This document shows, piece after piece, positions 52,327 to 64,000 of a DNA stretch of 64,000 nucleotides. The stretch is taken from assembly GCF_001194135.2 (NCBI RefSeq), contig NC_068983.1, forward strand, positions 31,676,721 through 31,740,720. Reading direction: 5' to 3'. Source of the stretch: Octopus bimaculoides (taxonomy: Eukaryota). The position numbers and the translations under genes were made by a program. Below the pieces are notes generated by a model. It ran no database searches. It had not been told where the DNA came from and was given only the letters and a program-made list of their open reading frames with translations. How positions within the stretch are numbered: position 1 is the stretch's first letter; the number at the start of each line of letters is the position of its first letter.

Positions 52327-55300
52327 TGTCTGAATTATCCTGGTTCTTTATAGATTTTGCTAAGCATTTTCATTAAATTGCTTTAAATATTTCTTATTAA
52401 AAAGTGGTAATGATACAAAAGAAAAGAGAAATTGTTTTCAATTGAGAATTTTTTTATTGATTATATTTTTTCATTTTATTTTATTTTATTTTACAAGATC
52501 AGGATTAGTTATTGACGATTCTATGAAGAGGTCATTGATATGAGAAATTTGCTGACCTCTGAATTAAATTCACCAAAATCTGTAACCTTGGATCAATGGA
52601 GCAATATTAGAAGTTATAATTTGAAGTTGAATTCGCTTGAGGAAGGTGGGAGGCACTAAAATAAGTACCAGTAATGTATTGATGTCAACTAGATTAATTG
52701 TGCCCCTCCCCATTGTGTCAATGTGAAAAAAAAATTATTAGTAGAAGACAAAAATGATAGTGTGTTGGATTAATCATTTTATAATAGTTTAGCCTTGTCC
52801 AGAATTCAATCCTGCTGAGGTTAACTTTGCCCTGTGAGTACCAGTAATATAGACAGACTGGCTGAATCATTATAGCTTTATAAAGAGTTGGAACTAATAC
52901 TAGAAGGTACTTTTTTCCATTTTGAGTTCTCAGGCAGGTATACTGAGCTTGTCTCTGGCTTGCTGACAAGATGGTGTCTTGTAAAAGTTAGTTAACGGTA
53001 AACAAGATGGAAACTATCTTTGTAATTTCTCAAAAACATTCTATGACAGGCACATAACACTTATCTAAAAAGTTATCATGAAGTTATTTGTTGATTTGAT
53101 GGCAGAAAGAAGATTTACACTCTCCATTTCAACTATCAGCCTTGTACCTATAGAAGAAATCATTATTATCTAGAACCCCTTATAAATGTCAATTAGATAA
53201 CGTGTCTGTCAAGTAACATGTTCTACTTTGTCAACATTACTAACTTGTGAATTATCCAACTAATGTTTGTCAGTATGTGAGCTTTGACAAATAAACTGTG
53301 TGATGTTGCAGTCAACATCAAACTCAGATATTGATCCTTAGCATAAACGACTGAAGATCATGGGGAAACCAGATATCATTATAGTTTCTTAGTCAGAAAC
53401 ACATCAGACACAGAAACAAAAGGTAAAATAGTGACACACTAATCCACTTATTTACAATATAGCTTTCTATATCATCAACAGCAATACTGGTTTAACACTA
53501 ATTAGATAACAGATCTGCTGTACAACTACAGAGATACAGCTACTAGGCCTTCCATAGATATGACAGCATTTAGTATAATATTAATGCTACAATACTGGCT
53601 TGTTTGAGGGATACTCAGCATACCCCTTTAATTACTTTTTATAAATTTTTATTTACCTCTTTTTTCAGGTCTTCTATTAAAACTCCAATCCTTTGAGGTT
53701 TGACCTATCTACCTCATCCCAAATTTTCTTTTGGTCCAAACTTTTGAGCAGCCAAACCATCTTCCATCTCTCGCATCCATGCAATAATGTAGTAAAGTTT
53801 CTCAATGAATAGAGTACTAAAAAAGACTATATCAAACTACTAGATTCAAATCCATAGCCCACTACTAGCATTTCATTGTGTATTTGAATCCCTACTCATC
53901 TGTCAGGAACCATGTAAACTGAGAATATTACTGGGGGAAAATTTCTTGGTCAGGACATCATATCTCAAATGTTCATATAAATAATTTGGAACTAAGCACT
54001 AGTCACTAAAAGCTTCTTTTGGCCTATGAGACAAATCTTTCCTTGTTTCTACTCGTATGTACACTCATTACAAATCTTAATCTTCAGCAATGAATTACAT
54101 CTAGTTCAACCCAAACTTTACTTTGTCCCAGATAACTAATTTATTGGACTTAGCCACCATATACTGACTTATCTTGATTGTTTTCTACTACTAGCTTAAC
54201 AGGCACTTTCTGGCCCAATCTGTTTGCCATTTTTAATTACATGTTGATACATATAACTGATGTGTTCTAGTGTAAGTGATCATTTTCATCTCAAACCCCC
54301 ATTTGAGTTATTTTACTCACTTCACCAATGTTTTAGGAAATGGCATTGATCTGATCTACACCCCAGTTCTTATTTCTACATCACTTGAGTGAATAGGATT
54401 TCATCACCCATTAAAAGATACCGCTGGTTCATGAAATTAACCTATATAACCACTTCCTTTGCATACACCAACTTCAGAAAACAAACAAAGGAATGAAAGA
54501 AGACAGGTGATATTCAGTAAGATAAAGATGGTACAAGACCATGAAAAGTTACCAATATAGCTGAACTGTACTGATTTTTGTAGTTTATTTAATCACAGGT
54601 CAGCTCTAATTGAGCAAACTTACGATCAAAGGTGTCCAGCAACCATTCCATTTTTTTTAAGGTAGTCCTTTCACTTTTTTTTTTTTTATATTAAGTAGGG
54701 TATAATTTAATAAATATTTGGTTGCTATTTCCAGCAGGTTCAGCAACCATGTAGAGGTTTTGTTGTTGTTTCAAACAAGACATGTTAAGTTTGGAACTTA
54801 TCACTGAATATAAAGGTAGTTACTACTATTAAACAGATTTCCTCAATAAAAGCTACACCAAAGTTAACACTAACAGGAATTAAGAGTTTCAGCTCTGAAA
54901 GAGTCTCATGAGAAGATAGGTTTTAGGACAGTTAATTACTGTGAGGCAGATCACATGATTATGAACTGCAGATCACATGATTATGAGGTCTATTTATATT
55001 AGAGTAACTGTGCTATACTCTTAGGCAAACTACACACTTTGCTTGCCCCACCTTGTTTAGCTGCCAATACTATCCATTCTTATTTCACGATTGATTAATC
55101 AGCCCTAGAAGAGTATTCAGCTTTAATTACTAATACAATTAGGAACATGTCCAAAAATTTCCCACTCATTTAAGTATGGCAAAATAATGTAACATAGAAA
55201 GAAGACAAAAGACTGTAGAATGATGGAATAGCAATACCATGGGCACTGATAAGTGATAGATACAGCTTACCTCTTAGTAAGCTTATGGCTCTTACTGTCT

Positions 55301-56043
55301 CAATCTTGTTTATAAAGTTTGAATATATCCTTATAATAAAATCTAAGCAGTTAATTAAAGAGTAAATGTGTTTTACATAAATATCAGTTACACAATAACA
55401 AAGCTAAAAAAAACAAGGTAGATCAGAAATGGCTATGTCTTTTAAACCAAGTAAATGGATATACAGGAGAAGGCTGAAGTCACTTCAATAAGTGATAAAA
55501 AGGTCTTCAATGGTGCCACATTGACCCTAATATAAAGTAAAAATGTAAATATCTTCAAAATCAAAAGGATAATATAATTTTCAGTTTCAAAGTATCAAGT
55601 TGATGTAAGATAGGCCCCAGACAAAATAAGATTTCGATCTATCGCCAGTAGTGCAATCTGATAGCTTTCTCAACAGCTTAATGAAATTATATGTACAATC
55701 TAAATCCAGAATGAAATGCCCATTGTGAATTTGAACCCAAGCCCTAAGAGCTGTTAATCCAATAATCTTCCATTGTGCCCTTGTTATGGGACATTACTAA
55801 AACTGTGTCGTGGTATTTGTAAATAGCAAACAATCAACTGAGTCAAAACTAACATATCTCAAGCAATGATTTGATAAGAAAAATAGTGAAAATTTGTCAT
55901 TAAAAATAATGAGAAGGAAAATGCTCTGTTAGAAATATTTTCAATCATCAACTTTAGAAAAGGTTAAAACACTTAGGGAATCTCAACATTTCAAATCAAC
56001 AACCTAAAACAGATATTAAGTCACATTAATAAAAATGTTATGC

Positions 56044-56048
<5 letters not shown>

Positions 56049-56090
<42 letters not shown>
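56049..56090. repeat. (AC)n microsatellite
   Basis: Direct reading. Confidence 0.95.
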
Positions 56091-56092
<2 letters not shown>

Positions 56093-59000
56093 CAATGATG
56101 CTTCAAGTGAAATAGTTGAGAAATGATACACAAATTATTTTCAGCTTAATACTATCTCGTAATATTTTCAGCTTAATACTCTCTTGTAAGTAAATAGACA
56201 GCAAGATTTGTAAGCAGGAAGAATACAGGTTTGACTGCAGCACAGTTTCATCTCAAAACTACCATAAAGCAAGAAGTGTCTAGATTACCCACTGCACCAA
56301 AATAACAGCTTTGGCACAAATGCAATTGTCCAAGCAAAGAAAGTTAATCCTTTCCAAATCATAAGACAATTTGAAAGTGGACATCTTCAGTTTTCATTGC
56401 ATTTACCATATGAGAAAAACATATCCTCCATGATGAAATGCTGCTACTGCTTATAGCTGTGATGTATGCACTTTCAATATCTACTCAGCCTTGACCATTA
56501 AGAGATACATGGAAATATCTCATAGCCATTAATAACTGATTAGGTCACCAACTAAAGGCTTCATTCTGCTGAGTCCAGAGTAAAATCAGCTTAGCAGGCC
56601 AGTTGTATTTATCTTTGTTTATTTTTAAAGACAACAAATGATTAAAAGACACTTACTTTCCAGAATATAATGTCAGATTGTTGCAGTTATACTCATGTCA
56701 ATATTTAATTTTTGCACTGCAAGATGAAATACTTGTTGCACCTGTACCTTACATCTATATATTTAAGTGGACTATACAACAATATGTATAATCCATTCGA
56801 ATATGATAATTCAATATGTTACCACTCAGAGTTTCTGCTTTTGTGTGTCCATAAGCTTCAACAAATACACAAAGAAAAGAAACTCAGAATTGCAACTGAG
56901 TTAATCATTAGCCTCAGACAAATATGTACAAAGTACTTTTACTTTTTGTATATCCAAACATGTGCATGTGTGAACATTATTCTTATAGTCTTTAGACTGA
57001 CAGATATATAAACAGGCAGACAGACAGATAACAGAGAGACAGATGATAGACAGACATATATATACTTTATCATAGCCACAACACAGTAGCAATAATTGAT
57101 TTGCTAATCCTAAAGCCAATATCAAGTGAATTCTCTATAAACTTGTTGGTTGTGACTCTTACCTAAAATATTCTACTTCTTTCCCACAATAATATAAACA
57201 GAGCAAAATAATAAAATTCAATTATATTTTGGAACATTCTTCCAATACCAGAATAGTTTAGTTTCAAATAACAAAGTAAAAAAATACATTTTTCTTTTGA
57301 AGAATTTGGGGCTGGAGAGAAAAAGTACTACAAGGTATTGTTTTATACTTTGAAAAATGGGGTAGGGATAAAGAAACCTCAAACCACTCCACCATACTAT
57401 ACATCCTATTAAGGAATGCGTAGCAATGGAATCTGATACCGAAACATTTCAGTTCGAAGCCAGAAGTGCTCACTACTAAGTCAACTTCCTGGTTTACTTT
57501 TAAATATTGATTTAAGACTTTGTATTTTTTTGGTTTCTTTCTTTTCATTTTTCCAAAGAGAAATATATTCACTGTCTTGCTCTGCTTCACCTTCATTCTT
57601 GTTTCTTTTTCCTTACTCCACTCCCACTCTCTCTTCCTTTGGATTTCTTGCTCTCAAAACTTCTCTCTATCATATATACTTATGAGAGTAAACACATTTC
57701 ACTCACCTCTTTTTTCATGGTCCTTTACCTCCCTCTTACTATCTTATTCCTTCTACCATAACTTTGTTTCTTTCCACTCTCTTCTTACCATTTTGTATCC
57801 CTTATTCTTTATTATTTCTCCCTTGCCTAAAAACAATTCTTTTACAACAAATTTCCCCTGACTTAAGTTTTACAAACCAAACAGATAAGACACTCCAAAA
57901 TACTGCTGTGCTTTCTGTTCCAGATTCCCAGTCACCCATGTGCCTAATTTAAGAGAACAATTAAGGCTGATAAGTAAATATGGGCATGGAGTTATCAAGG
58001 GATTTGTAGCAATAATAAGAATTTCTTACACAAGTGCAGTTGAATATAAGCATCCTATTACTTAACTGGCATTTATTTTATAAAAATAATTTCTAATTTA
58101 GGCTCAAGACCAGAAGTTTTGAAGTGAGAGATAGTCGATACCGATAACCTAAGAAGGAAGAAAGGCAAAGCAGCCTCTGTTGGATTTGGAACATAAAAAC
58201 TCGAAACATAAAGAGACAAAATAAATACTGATGTTCTAACAATCCAGCAACCAACACAATGATGATAATACATATTGTTGCTATTATGCAAAAGTGTCAC
58301 AAATCCAAAATGTTGCTTTTTCAGAAAATGAAAAAATAGTTTCACTATTCCATAGTAAAACCGTTGTACTACATTTTGACAATTTTTGATATATTGGTAT
58401 CTGAAGCAGCTGAAGATATGATAGTTTAACCAAAAGAACCAGCTATTGCAAGCAAAAATAAATATTGGAAAATACACATTTGGCCAAATTTGGACATACG
58501 ACAGTTTAACATAATAGTAACAATATGTACAAAACCTTAAATTAGTGGGAGGTACAGCCAATTATATTAATCTGAGTATTTCACAGGTACTTAACTTATA
58601 GACCTCAGAAGAATGAAAGCACAAACTCAACCCCACCAGGATTGTTAAAAACGATAACTAAAAATCCCTAAATTATAATCTTATTTATAGATAAAAACCA
58701 TAAATTGGTGAGATTGTACAGTCAATTAAAACAACACTAATACTTAACTAGTACATATTTTATTTGCATAAGAAGCACAAAAGGTAAAACTGGGATTTGA
58801 ACTCAAAATGCAAAGAGACATAACTAAATGTAACAGACTGATAATTTGCTTATTTTACCAATCAGTCGATCTCCAAGTTGCCAGTTCACACGAGATTAAA
58901 GGTATGTCAAAACTTCTTTCTTTTCTCTAATATTATTTGAAACCTGGACTCTATATCTAAGAAATCATAATAATAAATAGAAGACACACTGAAACCTGTA

Positions 59001-60699
59001 TTTGTAGATGTAGTTAGATTTTGTAAGATTCAGGTAGTTATATAATAGCCATTAAGCAATCCTTTCTTTTTCCTTCCCTTCTATTATTAATATATAATAT
59101 CCACCAATTTACATTGTCATGCTATATGACTAATGACCTTTTTTTTTTTCTTTTTGAATGAGAATGAAGATAACCAATACTATATTTATCACTGACAACA
59201 GAAAGAAACTCTTTCTAGCATCACCAGAGGTTATATATTTCATAGCAACATTTCTGTTAATCAGCTCCTATGAAGTAAACTAAAATTGAGACATTTTGCT
59301 TTAGATCTTGTCATGATCAATTTAGCTGTCCTTGTGCCAGTCTACTGAGACCATTAATTGATACAAAGTTAAAAATTATTTTTATAAAGAGCAGTTAAGT
59401 TTTTCTTTTGTTTTTCAATAGGAAGAAGACAAAAGGAAAAGCAAGTGTAGAATTGAACCAAGTATATTGCTGGTATTTATATTGATAGTGAAATAAAAGG
59501 ATCAAGTCAATTGTGGCATCATTTAAATGCGAAATTTTAGGGTACCACACTTAAGCCGACAATATATTTTATTTGGAGCTCTACTACCTGTGCCAAATCC
59601 CACAAACCTAGATATACAAATAATATCTGAAATTTACCATTTTTTCAAACGTTTTAGTGCAATGTAGCATGAAATTAATGAATCCAAAGCTTTCTTTGAA
59701 ATAGCTATATAAAAATTAGGATAATAAACTTTCCTATATATATATATATTTCATTTTCAATCTATCACAATAAATGATACTGATGTAGAAGCATAAAGCT
59801 AGGCTTTATGGACAAGAAGTATAATGTTTACTGAATTGACTATTGTACTATTTATAAGTTGTCTAAACCAAGATCAATACAAAACAATATGAATGAATAA
59901 GGATTACATTTAATAGAGTAATCGGAATGCTAAAGGGTTAGCGCAAGATAGCTAAGATACTTGAAGAACCAAGAAACCTGGGTGAATTAATATCAGAAAT
60001 GATTATTTTTGTTATTATTGTTTAGCCCATGTGAACCCTGATCAAGTACCCTATAGCAAACATAGATTCCCTTGTTGGCTAATGTACGGTAGGGCTGTAA
60101 GAATGATGACAATTGCTGAAAAAGTATAACAGTGGAAGGATACGTCTTGAAGCCATCCTTAAACTTTTCAAAACTGAATGAATTCAGGTGATATAGTAAA
60201 AATAGCAAGGAAATGTTTATATAAATGTAAATGAAATGCTAAGACAGACATGTGACTACAGAAATGGACAAAAGAAAATAAATTAAGAGACAACATCAAT
60301 GTGACAGTTAAGAAAGCTATAAAATAATGTAGTCATGTCAGACTTATTGGTTTCTCACTTAAGCACAAGGTTAATCTTTGCAGGAAGATGAATATATTAG
60401 TGTTTGCCTTAGTAATGCAGCAGAGAAGAAGGAAAAGTTTTAGTCAGATTTTTTACTTAGAAACTAAACAAATGAAATTAGACACCATAACACATTCAAT
60501 CTAACATTCTACTGTCTTAGCTGCTTCCACTTTTATAGCTGGGACTAAATAATTAATCTCTTACAAGTAGTTCTTTATTTACTTCCAGCAACATAAGAAA
60601 GATTTTGCATGCCAGACCTGATGACAGTATCTTGCATGCTTAAGATACATTTTCTCCACTTTGACAGGATGATTTTTGATATTTCTTTTAAATAATAAT

Positions 60700-61135
60700 A
60701 ATAATAATAATAATAATCCTTTTGACAATAGGCACAAGGCCTGAAATTTTGGATTCACTGACCTCAAAAAGATGTAAGGCAAAATTGACCTTGCCAGCAT
60801 TTGAACTCAGAACATGAGGCTGGAAAAAACGCTAAGCATTTTGTTCAACATGTTAACTATTCTGTCAGTTTGCTGCCTTAACAAGAACAACAATAACAAC
60901 AATATGCCTCTCTACTATAAACACAAGGCCTGAATTTTGTGGAGAGGAATCTAGTTGATTACATCAACCCCAATGTTCAATTGATACTTATTTTATCAAC
61001 CCTGAGAGCTGACAGGCAAAGTCAACCTCAGCAGAATGTGAACTTACAATGTAAAGACAAACAAAATACCACTAAGCGTTTTGGCTGGTGTGCTAATGAT
61101 TCTACTATCTCACCACCTTAATAATAACAACAATA
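60700..61135 (-). mobile_element. Two tandem SINE copies with (AAT)n/(AAC)n spacers
   Basis: Same family as 14460-15165. Confidence 0.75.
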
Positions 61136-61689
61136 ACAATATTTCACAATGCAGACATTTTTGTCATCTGCAACTAGTAAATGCTTTTACTAGAAATTTG
61201 GAGTTAAGAGCTGACAGAAAGTAATAAAAACATGGCATACTAATAATAAAATAAAAACCAAAGATTATTGAACACTGATGATGATGAACAAATAAATTTA
61301 TTCCAAATATTAATAAAACCTGTGACAAACATCTATAAATAAGGCTATGTTTGTTTTTGTGTATGTATGCACATATGTGTGAGTATTATATACACACACA
61401 CATAAACACATGCATATAAATAAATATTCCAAGTATAGATTATGTACTTGTTCATGTTATATTCATAAAATGAATAGAAAATAGTCCATGCAATAACCAG
61501 TATGATATACAATACACAAAAAGAAAAGAAATGAACTCCGTGTTATCTTAGTCATACAGATTGTAACCTGATGTAATAAAATACGGTTCAGTCTGGATGG
61601 TTGTTTTTCTAGATAAAAAGGTACAAAAAGTTGAAGTAACAGAGTAAAATCATTATGTAACTAGAATGAATGTGTGTCAAAGTTGTTCA

Positions 61690-62310
61690 ACACAAGATGA
61701 CTAACAATAATGCCTTCAAGATCATGCTATATGACCGAGACCTTTGGAAATGTGCTGTGCGTGAGAAGACCCGGCAAGCCAAGTAAGATCGTTGCCAGTG
61801 CCCCTGGACTGGCTCTTGTGCCGGTGGCACATGAGATGCACCATTTTGAGCGTGGCCGTTGCCAGTACCGCCTGACTGGCTCCCGTAGGATTTTTGAGTG
61901 AGATCGTTGCCAGTGCCCCTGGACTGGCTTGTGCGGGTGGCACATAAAAGACACCATTTCGAGCGTGGCCGTTTTCGTGCGGGTGACACGTAAAAGCACC
62001 CACTACACTCTCTGAGTGGTTGGCGTTAGGAAGGGCATCCAGCTGTNNNNNNNNNNNNNNNNNNNNNNNNNNNNNNNNNNNNNNNNNNNNNNNNNNNNNN
62101 NNNNNNNNNNNNNNNNNNNNNNNNNNNNNNNNNNNNNNNNNNNNNNNNNNNNNNNNNNNNNNNNNNNNNNNNNNNNNNNNNNNNGAAACTCTGCCAAATT
62201 AGATTGGAGCCTGGTGTTGCCATCCGGTTTCACCAGTCCTCAGTCAAATCGTCCAACCCATGCTAGCATGGAAAGCGGACGTTAAACGATGATGATGATG
62301 ATGATGATGA
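61690..62310 (+). mobile_element. RTE-type LINE 3' end, contains N gap
   Basis: gaccgagacctttggaaatgtgctgtgcgtgagaagacccggcaag ORF end, then tail and (GAT)n. Confidence 0.85.
62047..62184. other. Assembly gap (138 N)
   Basis: N run. Confidence 1.
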
Positions 62311-62321
62311 TATATATATAT

Positions 62322-62655
62322 ATCATCATCATTTAACGTCCGCTTTCGATGCTAGCATGGGTTCGACGATTTAACTGAGGACTGGTGAACCAGATGGTTA
62401 CACCAGGCTCCAATCTGATTTGCCAGAGTTTCTACAGCTAGATGCCCTTCCTAACGCCAACCACTCAGAGAGTGTAGTGGGTGCTTTTACATGCCACCGG
62501 CACAAGGGCCAGTCAGGCGGTACTGGCAACGGCCACACTCGAAATGGTGTATTTTACGTGCCACCTGCACAAGAGCCAGTCCAGCGGTACTGGCAACGAA
62601 CTCGCTCGAATGTCTTTTCACGTGCCACTGGCACAAGTGCCAGGAAGGCGACATG
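62322..62655 (-). mobile_element. RTE-type tail in opposite orientation, tail-to-tail with the preceding copy
   Basis: Near reverse complement of 61985-62310. Confidence 0.85.
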
Positions 62656-64000
62656 ATAAAAGTGGTTAGTTTCAATGATGAACTTTCAGAGGTTCAATCA
62701 ACTGAACTACCAACTTGTTAAATTAATGTCTAAGTGGCTGAGTAAACAATAGGCATGTGTGCTCTTAGTATAATTCTCAAGTCAAAGAAAGAAAAAAAAC
62801 AGTATATGCCTAACTACTTTTTATATATATTATTATTAGTACTGATGGAAATTAACTTTAGACATATCTTTAATGCTTATTGCACTGCTAAATAAAGCAG
62901 CCAGGTTCCTTCAAATCACACTTTACTACCTTAAAAAATGAATAAGGACATTGAATAATAGTCATAGATATAAAAAAAAAAACATAGGATGATAACAGCT
63001 GAAACACATTGATCATAGATCTGCTCTTTTAGTGCTAAACAGCAACAAAGTGATCAATATAGGATAAAACTCACATTTATTTCATGCAGGATCCCAATGC
63101 TTTTATCTATTATGCTATAAACAAGTAGAACAAGAAAATTTACTCATCAATAATTAAATAACAGAAAACACTTAAAATATAGTTTGAAGTCACAAACATC
63201 AAAAAATAATAAGCCCACTCAACTGATTAACATGAAGTAATGCAGCACAGTCCAGAGACATGCTGTCTCCTCTCTCTCTACCTTTCCTACTGCTATCATA
63301 GTAGCCTCTGGTCCTCAGAGCTGGTTAGTCCAATGCCATTTCAACTCAGTCACTCTTGACTCATTTGTCTCTCCTCCCATCACCCATGTTGTGTACACCA
63401 GCCAAGGTCCTGCACTAACCACTACACTCAGTCCTTCTTTAACAGATGTTACTCTTTAGAATTCCGTCCCTGAAAATTTTTCTTCCTGTAGCCATCTATG
63501 GGTCGTTGTTTTACATTAGTCAATGCGTTCCAGTTGTGATAACTCACAGACACAGTATATCTGCAACTATATCGTCCAGTGTATTCTTCCTTCTTTGAGA
63601 TATTAGGGTATTAATTGAAGGAAATTTGGCCATTGTGATTGAAAATTACTTATATGCCAGAGACCATTCAAGCAAACAATTTGTGACTCTGTCTTAATGT
63701 AAGAAATAATTAGCAAAACAGTGTTCTGGACTTATAGCTTGTGCTTGGGGTATTACATTCAGGGTTCAAATGATAACTAATTCCTACAAAGTGCTTGCAT
63801 TGTGCCAAAGTCAATTACTTAAGTCAATTTAATCAGTTGTGCCTTCCTCACAAAATTTGAAATTTTGTGCCTATGTTTGAAAAAAATTATCAATGTTCAA
63901 ATCTTTGCAAAATAAATGTTATCCCTACTTACTCTGGAAAGAGATCAAAATAAAAAAAAAAAAGAATTCCACCCATTCAAGTATTCAAAACAATGTTAAA

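Noticed and set aside
52042-52353. ORFs containing X runs (also 62003-62285)
   Set aside because: Artefacts of N gaps.
54945-56185. Small two-copy duplications (22 bp near 54946, ~26 bp near 56136; also gcctagagacaagt near 46148/46178)
   Set aside because: Ordinary slippage duplications with no further structure.

Overview
AT-rich, repeat-dense eukaryotic DNA. The repeat families, (CAT)n/(AAT)n/(AT)n microsatellites and N gaps suggest an octopus (coleoid cephalopod) draft assembly; this is inference. The window is dominated by one minus-strand gene, a Numb-associated kinase (AAK1/BMP2K/Nak orthologue). I could assemble 13 coding exons (42272 down to 1905) with GT-AG sites and consistent phases: an intact kinase domain (GGFAIV, ALK, HRDLK, DFG, APE), a 968-bp Gln/His-rich exon, and the TPPxSP/HRRxxSD and WNPF C-terminal motifs. 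I did not find the first coding exon or the 3' terminal exons. Introns hold many RTE-type LINE 3' ends, tRNA-derived SINEs (some in tandem arrays) and decayed Tc1/mariner elements, including a full-length 1275-bp mariner and a rosa-like element nested in a SINE. The most unusual element is a ~280-bp non-coding repeat with a tRNA-like Pol III head, an (AAT)n linker and a minimal type-I hammerhead ribozyme motif. It occurs twice as back-to-back inverted dimers. Each dimer has 13-14-bp target-site duplications and the same ~33-nt 3' tail asymmetry, which suggests a SINE-like element mobilised by Penelope-like machinery. Almost all ORFs in the supplied track are spurious.
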